From sequence record DRR723986_5359: a stretch of 45,123 bases of DNA. One strand, 5' to 3'. Below the pieces are notes generated by a model, which worked only from the letters and a program-made list of their open reading frames with translations, was not told where the DNA came from and made no database searches. Of the stretch, positions 9,707 to 18,046 are shown in pieces; position 1 is the stretch's first letter, and the number at the start of each line of letters is the position of its first letter. The position numbers and the translations under genes were made by a program.

Positions 9707-9751
9707 TGAGGAGAGAGGAGGATTATTTCATGATCCCAAAGTCGTGGAACC
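9707..9751 (-). repeat. Degenerate copy of the tRNA-Ser 3' end with an insertion in the T-loop
   Basis: 9707-9724 tgaggagagaggaggatt matches 9874-9891 tgcggagagagggggatt at 16/18 nt; gaacc resumes at 9747 after a 22-nt insert. Confidence 0.65.
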
Positions 9752-9835
9752 TTGAACAAGCAAAATCAAAGTCGTTTCACTCTTCTTTTTTTACGCAATA
9801 ATTTGATGAAGCAAGCTTCTCAAATTCTATCACAC

Positions 9836-9864
9836 AAAAAAAGCCCAGCTAGTAGCTGGACTTT
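9836..9864 (-). terminator. Rho-independent terminator of tRNA-Ser
   Basis: Minus strand: aaagtccagct act agctgggc ttttttt. Confidence 0.75.
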
Positions 9865-9875
9865 GATTTCACTTG

Positions 9876-9962
9876 CGGAGAGAGGGGGATTCGAACCCCC
9901 GTTACAGTTTCCTGTAAACACGCTTTCCAAGCGTGCGCGTTCAACCACTCTGCCACCTCTCC
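9876..9962 (-). tRNA. tRNA-Ser (GGA)
   Basis: GGAGAGG/TCTCTCC acceptor stem, anticodon arm CACGC-TTGGAAA-GCGTG, long variable arm, GGTTCGAATCC T-loop; CCA not encoded. Confidence 0.97.
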
Positions 9963-10090
9963 GTATTTTTGCACGCTTTATATTGAGGCCGTGCGCGTTT
10001 CTCGGCTCAGCCGAGACCACCTCTCCGTATTTTTGCACGCTTTTTATTGAGGCCGTGCATTTCCCGAATTCATTTCGGGACCTCCACTTG
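9953..10090 (-). repeat. Tandem 64-bp-period repeat in the tRNA-Ser leader: degenerate tRNA 5' halves carrying palindromes
   Basis: 9953-9994 and 10017-10058 are identical at 41/42 nt. Spacer palindromes are tctcggct-c-agccgaga (10000-10016) and tcccgaa-ttcat-ttcggga (10062-10080). Confidence 0.9.
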
Positions 10091-10104
10091 AAGTTTTGCG
10101 TTTG

Positions 10105-10112
10105 CAAAACTA
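10105..10112 (-). promoter_or_regulatory. Bacteroidota -7 promoter element for tRNA-Ser
   Basis: Minus strand TAGTTTTG matches TAnnTTTG. Confidence 0.55.
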
Positions 10113-10315
10113 GTCATTTATCCGATAATACCTTGTACCTATCGAGAAAGCACTTTTTTACCATCACTTGAAATTGAAAATAATTTTTTTATTGTTAAAT
10201 TGCCAGTAAATATTGGGGCTTCGTTATTTAGTTGAATTTTTTTTTTGGATTGAATAGGGGGACACATTTGTTTGCACGACTTAATGAAAAAGGAAACAAT
10301 TTAAAATCAATTATT

Positions 10316-11002
10316 ATGAAAAAACTACTTTTTGCAATTATCGGAGCCGGTTTACTTTTAGGTTCATGTGATAAAGAAGATTCATCAGATGTGAATCAAC
10401 AAAAAATTTGGACGAGTTATGAAGTATTTTATAACCAAAATGATGACAAAACTCACGCAATCGCAAGATTCAGATTTGGTGGACCAACTGGAACACTATT
10501 GGAGTTAACTGATTCAACTAGCGCCAATGTGACTTATAACGGAACAGAAATGCCATATAGCAATATTTGGGGTGGTCATCACTTAGAATTTGCTGGATCT
10601 CAAACACCTGGTACGTTTGTTTACACAAATAATGACGGGGATGTTTATACGAATTCAGTGCCTTCTGGAAACACAATAGCTTATGAAGCTGGGTTTGACA
10701 CCATTACTAAAGGATCTGCACAAACTTTTACTTGGGATGGAACTGCTTTAGCAGCTGACGAAAAAGTAGCAGTGTTTGTAGGTTCATGGACATGGGGTGA
10801 AGATGCTTTATTCTATACTGAAGATGACGGAGCAACTAGCTTGGTGATGGGTGTTACGCAAATGCAGAATTTAGCCTTAGGAACATCAACTGTATACATG
10901 GATAGAAAAACAGAAGTTGATTTAGCTGAAGGAACTCCTGAAGGTGGAAAAATAACTTATACTTACAGACCTACAAACGTACAAGTACAAGTAGTTCAAT
11001 AA
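10316..11002 (+). CDS. Hypothetical lipoprotein
   Basis: From ATG 10316: MKKLLFAIIGAGLLLGSC lipobox followed by DKEDSSD; T/G-rich, beta-rich sequence. Confidence 0.8.
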   Translation: MKKLLFAIIGAGLLLGSCDKEDSSDVNQQKIWTSYEVFYNQNDDKTHAIARFRFGGPTGTLLELTDSTSANVTYNGTEMPYSNIWGGHHLEFAGSQTPGTFVYTNNDGDVYTNSVPSGNTIAYEAGFDTITKGSAQTFTWDGTALAADEKVAVFVGSWTWGEDALFYTEDDGATSLVMGVTQMQNLALGTSTVYMDRKTEVDLAEGTPEGGKITYTYRPTNVQVQVVQ

Positions 11003-11021
11003 GTAAATACTAAGAATTGTT

Positions 11022-11054
11022 AAAGGGATTCATCTGAAGATGGATCCCTTTTTT
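11022..11054 (+). terminator. Rho-independent terminator
   Basis: aaagggattcatc tgaa gatggatccc tttttt. Confidence 0.8.
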
Positions 11055-11087
11055 GTTTGGTTACTATTTCAGTACTTTTGCCTCCTT

Positions 11088-11648
11088 ATGGTAAAAACGT
11101 TAAGTTCTATCCTTGTAATTGTAGCCGTTTTGTCCTGTACAGAACAAAATGAAAACATCCCTGAAGAAAAAGAAAATGTTGAGGTCATTGAGGACACAGA
11201 AACTCAACCTTCTAAAGTTGTTGAGCAAGACAACATTTCTATTGAGGTTTACGATTTTGAGAATATTCAACCCTTCATTTATAAAAGCAATGATCGTATT
11301 AATGTTGTGAATTTTTGGGCAACCTGGTGTGTTCCATGTATACAAGAATTGCCAGCCTTTGAAAAATTAAAGGCCGAAAATCCGGAAGTTGATATGACCC
11401 TTATTAGTATGGATTTTACGCAAAACATAGAGTCAGATCTAATTCCCTTTATTATAAAAAATAACATTCAATCAGACGTGGTTGTATTAGACGATCCTGA
11501 TGCCAATTCATGGATACCTAAAGTAGATGAGAACTGGTCCGGTGCTATTCCGGCAATAATTATATATAACAAGGATAAAAGAGTCTTTTACGAACGCTCC
11601 TTTACTTATGAAGAACTCGCAAAAGAAGTACAAAAATTTAAAAACTAA
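11088..11648 (+). CDS. TlpA/ResA-like thiol-disulfide oxidoreductase lipoprotein
   Basis: VVNFWATWCVPCIQELP, WSGAIPA cis-Pro loop, lipobox VLSC; ATG 11088 follows TACTTTTG. Confidence 0.9.
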   Translation: MVKTLSSILVIVAVLSCTEQNENIPEEKENVEVIEDTETQPSKVVEQDNISIEVYDFENIQPFIYKSNDRINVVNFWATWCVPCIQELPAFEKLKAENPEVDMTLISMDFTQNIESDLIPFIIKNNIQSDVVVLDDPDANSWIPKVDENWSGAIPAIIIYNKDKRVFYERSFTYEELAKEVQKFKN

Positions 11649-11651
11649 ACA

Positions 11652-12329
11652 ATGAAACAAATCAAATTAATCCTTCCCTTATTTCTTATAGCTTGTTCTG
11701 GACCAGCAGAAACCGAGGAAGAAACTGTAGAAGTAGATTCTGTAGAAACCACAATTAATAAGGAGGATATCGTCCTTGCTGAGTCAGGTTATTCTGTTGG
11801 TGATATGGCTGCGGACTTTAGTCTAAAAAACATAGATGATCAAATGGTCTCACTGAGTGATTATGAAGAAGCTAAAGGGTTTATTGTGATTTTTACATGT
11901 AACCATTGCCCTTTTTCAGTGGCGTACGAAGACAGAATAATTGCTTTGGATAAAAAATACAAGGAGCAAGGTTATCCTGTCATTGCTATTAATCCAAATG
12001 ATCCTGAGGTGAATCCTGATGATAGTTTTGAATTAATGAAAGTAAGAGCAAGTGAAAAAGGCTTTACCTTCCCATACCTATTTGACGAGGGGCAAGAAAT
12101 TTACCCGCAATACGGTGCTACAAAAACACCTCATGTCTATATCTTAGAGAAAACAGATGCAGGAAATAGAGTAGCATACATTGGCGCTATTGATGATAAT
12201 TCTAAGGAACCAGAAAATGTGACCGAGAAGTATGTAGAAAATGCAGTTGATGCCTTGTTGAATGGAAATCAGCCTGAACTTACCGAAACAGTCGCAATTG
12301 GCTGTAGTATAAAATTTAAAGAAGGATAA
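11652..12329 (+). CDS. Thioredoxin-family (AhpC/TSA-like) lipoprotein
   Basis: DFSLKNID, IFTCNHCPF, FPYLFDEGQ, GATKTPHVY, YIGAIDD, AIGCSIK; lipobox LIAC. Confidence 0.9.
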   Translation: MKQIKLILPLFLIACSGPAETEEETVEVDSVETTINKEDIVLAESGYSVGDMAADFSLKNIDDQMVSLSDYEEAKGFIVIFTCNHCPFSVAYEDRIIALDKKYKEQGYPVIAINPNDPEVNPDDSFELMKVRASEKGFTFPYLFDEGQEIYPQYGATKTPHVYILEKTDAGNRVAYIGAIDDNSKEPENVTEKYVENAVDALLNGNQPELTETVAIGCSIKFKEG

Positions 12330-12358
12330 AAAAAGGGCTCGGTTTAACCGAGCCCTTT
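12328..12358. terminator. Bidirectional terminator between convergent genes
   Basis: aaaaaagggctcggt tta accgagcccttt. Confidence 0.85.
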
Positions 12359-12379
12359 ATGCCTATCTTAAAGATAGGA

Positions 12380-13345
12380 TTAAGCTTTTTTCAAACCTAA
12401 TTCAATCAATCGCTCTGTTAAAAATTCACCTGCAGTCATGTCTGAATATTCTTTCGGATTCTCTGCTGTAACACAATCTTCTAAACATGTCAAATCCATA
12501 TCAGATCGTGGATGTAAAAAGAAAGGTGCTGAATATCTAGGCTTTGTCCAAGACTCTTCATTTGGGGTGATAACTTGATGCTGCGTAGACCTGAAACGGT
12601 TATTCGTTAAACGCGCTAACATATCTCCTATATTCACTACAATTTCATCATCTGCCGGGCTAACTGGAATCCATTGTCCGTCTAAAGATTGTGCTTGTAA
12701 ACCTTCGGCAGAACCACCCATTAGTAAGGTAATAAGGTTGATATCACCATGAGCAGCAGCTCTCACTGCCCCTTCTGGTATTTGTGATTTATCAGCAACT
12801 GGATAATAATGCAATAACCTCAGAATGGAATTTCCATTGTGGATTTTATCATCAAAATACTTTTCATCTAAACCTAAATATAAAGCCGTAGCTCTCAATA
12901 AGTTTCTTCCCGTATTTTCAAATGTCTCGTAAACCTTTTGCCCAACCGCTTCAAATTCAGTAATGGCATCAGGCCAAATATTATCAGGGTACTCTTCTGC
13001 AATAGGGTCATTATCAGAAACTGTTTGACCGATATGATAAAACTCTTTCAAATCCGGTACACTTTTCCCTTTAGCAGACTCCTTGTTTTTTGAAATATAT
13101 CCTCTTTGACCATGATTTGCCTCATCCTCATATTTCTTCTTAACGTCATCTGGAAGTTCAAAAAAGGCTTTAGAAACTTCGAACAATTTTGCTTTTAACT
13201 CTTCACTTACGCCATGATTTTTAACAATGGCAAAGCCCATGTTTGAAAATGAATCACCAAATTCTTTAATGAAATTGGATCTTTTAGCTGGGTCTCCTGA
13301 GGTGTAGTCGTGGTAATCAACTACTGCAATTTTATTCTTATCCAT
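12380..13345 (-). CDS. Isopenicillin N synthase-like 2-oxoglutarate/Fe(II) dioxygenase
   Basis: GFAIVKNHG, DLKEFY, HxD (AHGDINLIT), VNIGDML...HQV, RYS motif; ATG 13345 sits just after the clpX stop. Confidence 0.9.
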   Translation of the reverse strand: MDKNKIAVVDYHDYTSGDPAKRSNFIKEFGDSFSNMGFAIVKNHGVSEELKAKLFEVSKAFFELPDDVKKKYEDEANHGQRGYISKNKESAKGKSVPDLKEFYHIGQTVSDNDPIAEEYPDNIWPDAITEFEAVGQKVYETFENTGRNLLRATALYLGLDEKYFDDKIHNGNSILRLLHYYPVADKSQIPEGAVRAAAHGDINLITLLMGGSAEGLQAQSLDGQWIPVSPADDEIVVNIGDMLARLTNNRFRSTQHQVITPNEESWTKPRYSAPFFLHPRSDMDLTCLEDCVTAENPKEYSDMTAGEFLTERLIELGLKKA

Positions 13346-13346
13346 A

Positions 13347-14576
13347 TTATGCAATTTTTAACTTGGCCATTTTTGAACCTGCAAATTTAGACCGTGCGTA
13401 ATCAACTGTTATTCTTAATTCTTTCGTGTCTTTTTTAGAAGGGATTTCAAACATTGCGTCATTTAAAATCGCCTCACAAATAGACCTTAAACCTCTTGCT
13501 CCTAATTTATATTCAAGTGCTTTTTCAACAATAAAATCTAAGGTGTCGCCATCAATTTTTAAATCAACATTGTCTAAGCTAAAAAGATGTACGTATTGTT
13601 TGATCAATGAATTTTTTGGCTCTGTTAAAATTCTTCTCAATGCTGTTTCGTCAAGAGGATTGAGGTAACTTAATACCGGCATTCGTCCAATTAATTCAGG
13701 AATTAATCCGAAATCTTTAATATCAGATGGAATCACATATTGTAATAAGTGATCAGCATCTAATTTTTCATCTTTAGACGAGAAGCCAATCATATTGGTA
13801 TTCACCCTTCTTCCAATGATCTGCTCAATTCCATCAAATGCTCCACCAGCTATGAACAAGATGTCTTTTGTATTCACCTTAATCATTTTTTGTTCTGGAT
13901 GCTTTCTTCCTCCTTGCGGCGGAACATTAACTTCCGTTCCTTCAAGCAGTTTTAACATGGCCTGCTGAACACCTTCTCCTGAAACATCTCTGGTGATTGA
14001 TGGGTTATCAGATTTACGTGCAATCTTATCGATCTCATCTATAAAAACGATTCCTTTTTCAGCAGCCTCAACATTGTAATCAGCAGCTTGTAATAAACGA
14101 GATAAAATAGATTCAACATCTTCGCCAACATAACCTGCCTCAGTTAGTACCGTTGCATCTGCGATACAGAATGGTACGTTCAGAGATTTCGCAATGGTTT
14201 TAGCCAGCAAAGTTTTACCAGTACCTGTACGTCCAACAAGAATCAAATTCGATTTATCAATTTCTAGTTCCTCCTTGCCTTCAGCATAAGTCAACCTTTT
14301 GTAATGGTTATAAACCGCTACAGATAACACTTTTTTAGCCTCATCCTGACCAATTACGTACTCATCCAATTCTTCTTTAATTTGAATAGGCTTAAGTAAT
14401 CTGAAATCATGACTTACGTTGTCCGCACTTTCGTGCTTTTGCTGCTCTTCAACAATTTGATGAGCCTGATCAATACAGCTTGAACAGATATGACCCGTTA
14501 ATCCCGCAATTAAAATTCCAGTGTCATTTTTTGCTCTTCCACAAAATGAACAATTGATATTTTCTTCTGAACTCAT
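13347..14576 (-). CDS. clpX: ATP-dependent Clp protease ATPase subunit ClpX
   Basis: C4 zinc finger (CSFC..CSSC), Walker [39 protein letters not shown] loop, GARGLR. Confidence 0.99.
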   Translation of the reverse strand: MSSEENINCSFCGRAKNDTGILIAGLTGHICSSCIDQAHQIVEEQQKHESADNVSHDFRLLKPIQIKEELDEYVIGQDEAKKVLSVAVYNHYKRLTYAEGKEELEIDKSNLILVGRTGTGKTLLAKTIAKSLNVPFCIADATVLTEAGYVGEDVESILSRLLQAADYNVEAAEKGIVFIDEIDKIARKSDNPSITRDVSGEGVQQAMLKLLEGTEVNVPPQGGRKHPEQKMIKVNTKDILFIAGGAFDGIEQIIGRRVNTNMIGFSSKDEKLDADHLLQYVIPSDIKDFGLIPELIGRMPVLSYLNPLDETALRRILTEPKNSLIKQYVHLFSLDNVDLKIDGDTLDFIVEKALEYKLGARGLRSICEAILNDAMFEIPSKKDTKELRITVDYARSKFAGSKMAKLKIA

Positions 14577-14585
14577 GAAGAGGTA

Positions 14586-15248
14586 TTATTTTTTTCCTAG
14601 AACTTCGTCTACCATACCGTAAGCTTTCGCTTCTTCAGCTATCATCCAATAATCTCTATCAGAATCTTTCCATACAGTATCGTAGTCTTTTCCAGAGTGA
14701 TGAGAAATTATCTCATACAATTCTTTCTTTAATTTTTGAATTTCACGTGCCGTGATTTCAATATCTGAAGCCTGACCTTGTGCACCACCTAATGGTTGGT
14801 GAATCATTACTCTTGAATGTGGCAAAGCCGATCTTTTTCCTTCAGCACCTGCACACAATAAAACAGCTCCCATTGAGGCTGCCATACCAGTACAAATTGT
14901 TGCAACATCTGGTTGGATATACTGCATAGTATCGTAAATTCCTAAACCAGCATAAACACCACCACCCGGTGAGTTTAAGTAAATTTGGATGTCTTTTTTA
15001 GGATCAACAGATTCTAAGAATAACAATTGTGCTGTAATGATGTTAGCCACTTGGTCATCAATGCCAGTTCCTAAAAAGATGATTCTGTCCATCATCAATC
15101 TTGAGAATACATCCATTTGAGCAACGTTCAATTGTCTTTCTTCAATAATATAAGGAGTCAAAGAAGAAGTAATGTAACCATCTACGGCAGTACTACTAAT
15201 TCCATGATGCTTGGTAGCGTATTTTCTAAATTCGTCTTTGTTAAACAT
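14586..15248 (-). CDS. clpP: Clp protease proteolytic subunit
   Basis: DVFSRLMMDRIIFLG, YLNSPGG, AASMG, MIHQP, DRDYWM. Confidence 0.99.
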   Translation of the reverse strand: MFNKDEFRKYATKHHGISSTAVDGYITSSLTPYIIEERQLNVAQMDVFSRLMMDRIIFLGTGIDDQVANIITAQLLFLESVDPKKDIQIYLNSPGGGVYAGLGIYDTMQYIQPDVATICTGMAASMGAVLLCAGAEGKRSALPHSRVMIHQPLGGAQGQASDIEITAREIQKLKKELYEIISHHSGKDYDTVWKDSDRDYWMIAEEAKAYGMVDEVLGKK

Positions 15249-15268
15249 ATATGATAATAATTTATTGC

Positions 15269-15303
15269 AAAAAAATAATACCTATAAAGATAGGTATTAT
15301 TTT
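15269..15303 (-). terminator. AT-rich hairpin or terminator between tig and clpP
   Basis: 14-bp perfect inverted repeat aaaataatacctat aaag ataggtattatttt; T-run on the minus strand. Confidence 0.55.
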
Positions 15304-15325
15304 AAATAATGTATGTGAGATAAAA

Positions 15326-16663
15326 TTACTTCTGAGCGTATGCTTGCTCTACGAATTTATCGTATGGAAGTGCTTTCTCGTTTAATTTTACAGTTTGCTT
15401 AAAATAATGCATGATTTTATCGTTGTAAAGGTTGTCGTAAATACGATTCGCCTCTTCTTGATTTCCTAATACATTTTTAGCCTGGCTTTCTAACTCAGCA
15501 TCTTCTGGAGCCGGCATTCCGTATTGTGCAAATTGATTCACTAACAAAGATTTTGTATAGTCGATTGCCTCTTGAGGCTCAACTTTAATATCGTTCTCTT
15601 TGATGATTTTATTTTGAATCAACTGCCAAGTTAAACTCTTTTTGTATCCCTCAAAATCTGCTTCAATTTGTTCAGCCGTAACTTCTTCTTTAGATGAGGC
15701 CAAAATCCATCTCTTTAAAAAGTCTTCTGGGAATTTGATTTTAGTTGTTTCAACTAATTGATCAACAAGTTTTTGGCTGAATAATCTATCTGAATCATTC
15801 GCAAACATTTTCGTCAAATCACCCTTGATACGATCTCTCAATTCTTTTTCTGATTTGATTGTTCCTTCACCAAATAGTTTATCAAATAAAGCTTGGTCAA
15901 TAGCAGCTGGAACCATGTTTTTGATTTCTGAAATTGTAAAATCAAAGCTTGTTCCAACATTGGCTAATTCCTCTTCACTAACCCCTAACATAGCGGCCAT
16001 GTCCTTGTCTCCCTTAGAAACTTTTCTTGGATCTAATGTGATGACATCTCCAGCCTTGGCACCAATCAACTTTTTCTTTGTTGCTTTATCTTCAACAAAC
16101 TCCATTGAAATGGTTGAGTTATTTTTGATTTCACCATCTTTTTCAGTGAATTCTCCAATTACCATATCTCTTTCTCCTACAGTTTCTGCCGGATGTAATG
16201 CCCCGTATCTACGAGCCATGTTTTCTACTTCTTTATCCAACATTTCCTCATCAATAGCAACACTCAAGTAATCTACTTTGGTTTTATTATTGACTTTTAG
16301 ATCGAACTCTGGTGAAAGACCAATTTCATAAGCGAATTCAAAATCTGTAGGATTGTCAAAATCTCCTTTTACTTCTTCGTCCTCTTTTGGAAGAGGGTTT
16401 CCAAGAATGTTCAAGTTATTAGATGTAATGAAGTTGTGAAGTGATTCATTCACTGCTTTGTTTAATTCTTCAGCTAACACTCCTTTTCCATACTTCTTTT
16501 TGATTAGACTCATGGGTGTTTTACCAGGTCTAAATCCAGGCATGTTGGCCTGTTTTCTGTAGTCGCTTAAAGTTTTATCAACTTTTTCAGCATAATCATC
16601 AGCAGTAATAGTAATTCTCAAAACTGCATTCAAATCATCAATTTTTTCTTCAACAACGTTCAT
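15326..16663 (-). CDS. tig: Trigger factor
   Basis: Ribosome-binding motif MPGFRPGK; located upstream of clpP-clpX. Confidence 0.97.
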   Translation of the reverse strand: MNVVEEKIDDLNAVLRITITADDYAEKVDKTLSDYRKQANMPGFRPGKTPMSLIKKKYGKGVLAEELNKAVNESLHNFITSNNLNILGNPLPKEDEEVKGDFDNPTDFEFAYEIGLSPEFDLKVNNKTKVDYLSVAIDEEMLDKEVENMARRYGALHPAETVGERDMVIGEFTEKDGEIKNNSTISMEFVEDKATKKKLIGAKAGDVITLDPRKVSKGDKDMAAMLGVSEEELANVGTSFDFTISEIKNMVPAAIDQALFDKLFGEGTIKSEKELRDRIKGDLTKMFANDSDRLFSQKLVDQLVETTKIKFPEDFLKRWILASSKEEVTAEQIEADFEGYKKSLTWQLIQNKIIKENDIKVEPQEAIDYTKSLLVNQFAQYGMPAPEDAELESQAKNVLGNQEEANRIYDNLYNDKIMHYFKQTVKLNEKALPYDKFVEQAYAQK

Positions 16664-16681
16664 TCTAATAAGAATTTAATT

Positions 16682-16713
16682 AAAAAAAAATGGTCTCGGC
16701 TAACCGAAACCAT
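16682..16713 (-). terminator. Terminator-like hairpin after tRNA-Leu
   Basis: Minus strand: atggtttcgg ttag ccgagacca ttttttttt. Confidence 0.7.
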
Positions 16714-16717
16714 CTAG

Positions 16718-16799
16718 TGCGGGTGGAGGGACTCGAACCCACACGCCTCGCGGCACTAGATCCTAAGTCTAGCATGTCTACCAATTTCACCACACCCGC
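16718..16799 (-). tRNA. tRNA-Leu (TAG)
   Basis: GCGGGTG/CACCCGC acceptor stem, CTAGA-CTTAGGA-TCTAG anticodon arm, variable arm, GGTTCGAGTCC; TAAATTTG promoter box at 16843-16850 (minus). Confidence 0.97.
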
Positions 16800-16883
16800 A
16801 TTATTAGACTTGACATTTCAAGCTAACCCTAAAAAGGGTTGGCAAATTTAGTTAGTTTTTTTGTTTCACGCAATAAATATCCA

Positions 16884-17942
16884 CTAGAAATTCTTTGAAC
16901 CCTTTCTTTGGTCAAAAACATAGGTGTAAGATAAGGCCGGAATAGGAACTGGAAGTGCACCTTGATTCGCTATTGCAACTGCTAAGCCGGTTTGAAATCT
17001 GTGCTGTGGACTGGGTCCGAAACGCAGGGCTGCTGCACCAGTGACTATAGTGTTTCCGTTTCCAAAAGCTCCCATCAAGTCCATGACAATGTCCAGTTTA
17101 TATGATATATTGATGATACCGCCGAAATTCGCAATTCCATAATGGTCTAAAGTAAATACATCAGGTCCTTCTATAAAAAATCCTGTTGTATCATCCCAGA
17201 ATCCCATATTTCTCACTTGATGTATCATCCCATAACCACCTCTAATGGTGAAATTGGTTTTTCTATTACCAAAAGTGTATCCCACTGAAGCTAAGCCGCC
17301 TCCATTTGATGCGTTACTTCCAAATAAACTTCCAAAAATCATGCTCCCATACATCATGTCTACAGAAATATATGATGAATCAAAAAGCATAAAACTCAGT
17401 TTAGATTTCAATGCTAGGGGCGCACCCAAATAGCTTGTCATTACACCCATTGACCAATTTTTCATTAATGGAATTTGAGCTTCCAATCCCACAGGCATTA
17501 ACTTGACAAAAGCCTCTCCTCTCCTTAATGGATAAGCATTATCTGACTGAATATATTTGGTGGTGATTCTACTAGCGTAATCTTTTTCTTCTTCAGCTGG
17601 TGCAACAACTGTGTCTTTCGGTTCTTCATTTTTGACTTCTTGAACTGGATCTTTGGGATCTTCATTCGTATTGTCTTCGGTTTCTTTTTGCTGCTCTTTC
17701 ATATAATCAGCATGCGATTGAATTTTTTTAATCGAACTTTTAGGAATATAAATTTTCCCGATTTCTTCGGTATTCAATAATAATTCACGGCCGTCATCTT
17801 CTAATATAAAACCTGTGTACACGGTTCCATCATTTTTGATAACCACCATTTTCACCGGATCTTTGGTTCCATCATCTTGCGAAAATCCCGTATTGACAAA
17901 AGCCAACATGGTGAAAAAAATCAATAATATTTTAGCTTTCAT
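16884..17942 (-). CDS. Hypothetical exported, possibly outer-membrane, protein
   Basis: Signal peptide (GFS-Q), small beta domain (KNDGTVYTGFILE...IPKSSIKKI), acidic linker, then a Gly/aromatic-rich beta-strand region. Confidence 0.7.
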   Translation of the reverse strand: MKAKILLIFFTMLAFVNTGFSQDDGTKDPVKMVVIKNDGTVYTGFILEDDGRELLLNTEEIGKIYIPKSSIKKIQSHADYMKEQQKETEDNTNEDPKDPVQEVKNEEPKDTVVAPAEEEKDYASRITTKYIQSDNAYPLRRGEAFVKLMPVGLEAQIPLMKNWSMGVMTSYLGAPLALKSKLSFMLFDSSYISVDMMYGSMIFGSLFGSNASNGGGLASVGYTFGNRKTNFTIRGGYGMIHQVRNMGFWDDTTGFFIEGPDVFTLDHYGIANFGGIINISYKLDIVMDLMGAFGNGNTIVTGAAALRFGPSPQHRFQTGLAVAIANQGALPVPIPALSYTYVFDQRKGSKNF

Positions 17943-18046
17943 AAGTCAAATATTCTTTGCTTCTAATCAATATACGTGAACTAATCTAAAATCGTGTGCA
18001 ACATTAATGAATAATCTTTAATTTCCATGCTTACATTTGCAGTGAG

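Noticed and set aside
9953-10058. 42-bp direct repeat with a 22-bp spacer as a mini CRISPR array
   Set aside because: Only two copies, the repeat derives from the tRNA and its leader, the spacer is a palindrome, and no cas genes are present.
9995-10090. Upstream units as additional functional tRNAs or a split tRNA
   Set aside because: No T-arm or 3' acceptor strand and no 7-nt anticodon loop; an intact gene is adjacent.
9752-10171. ORFs 9752-10171 (+) and 9820-10107 (-)
   Set aside because: They overlap tRNA-Ser and its repeats; shadow ORFs.
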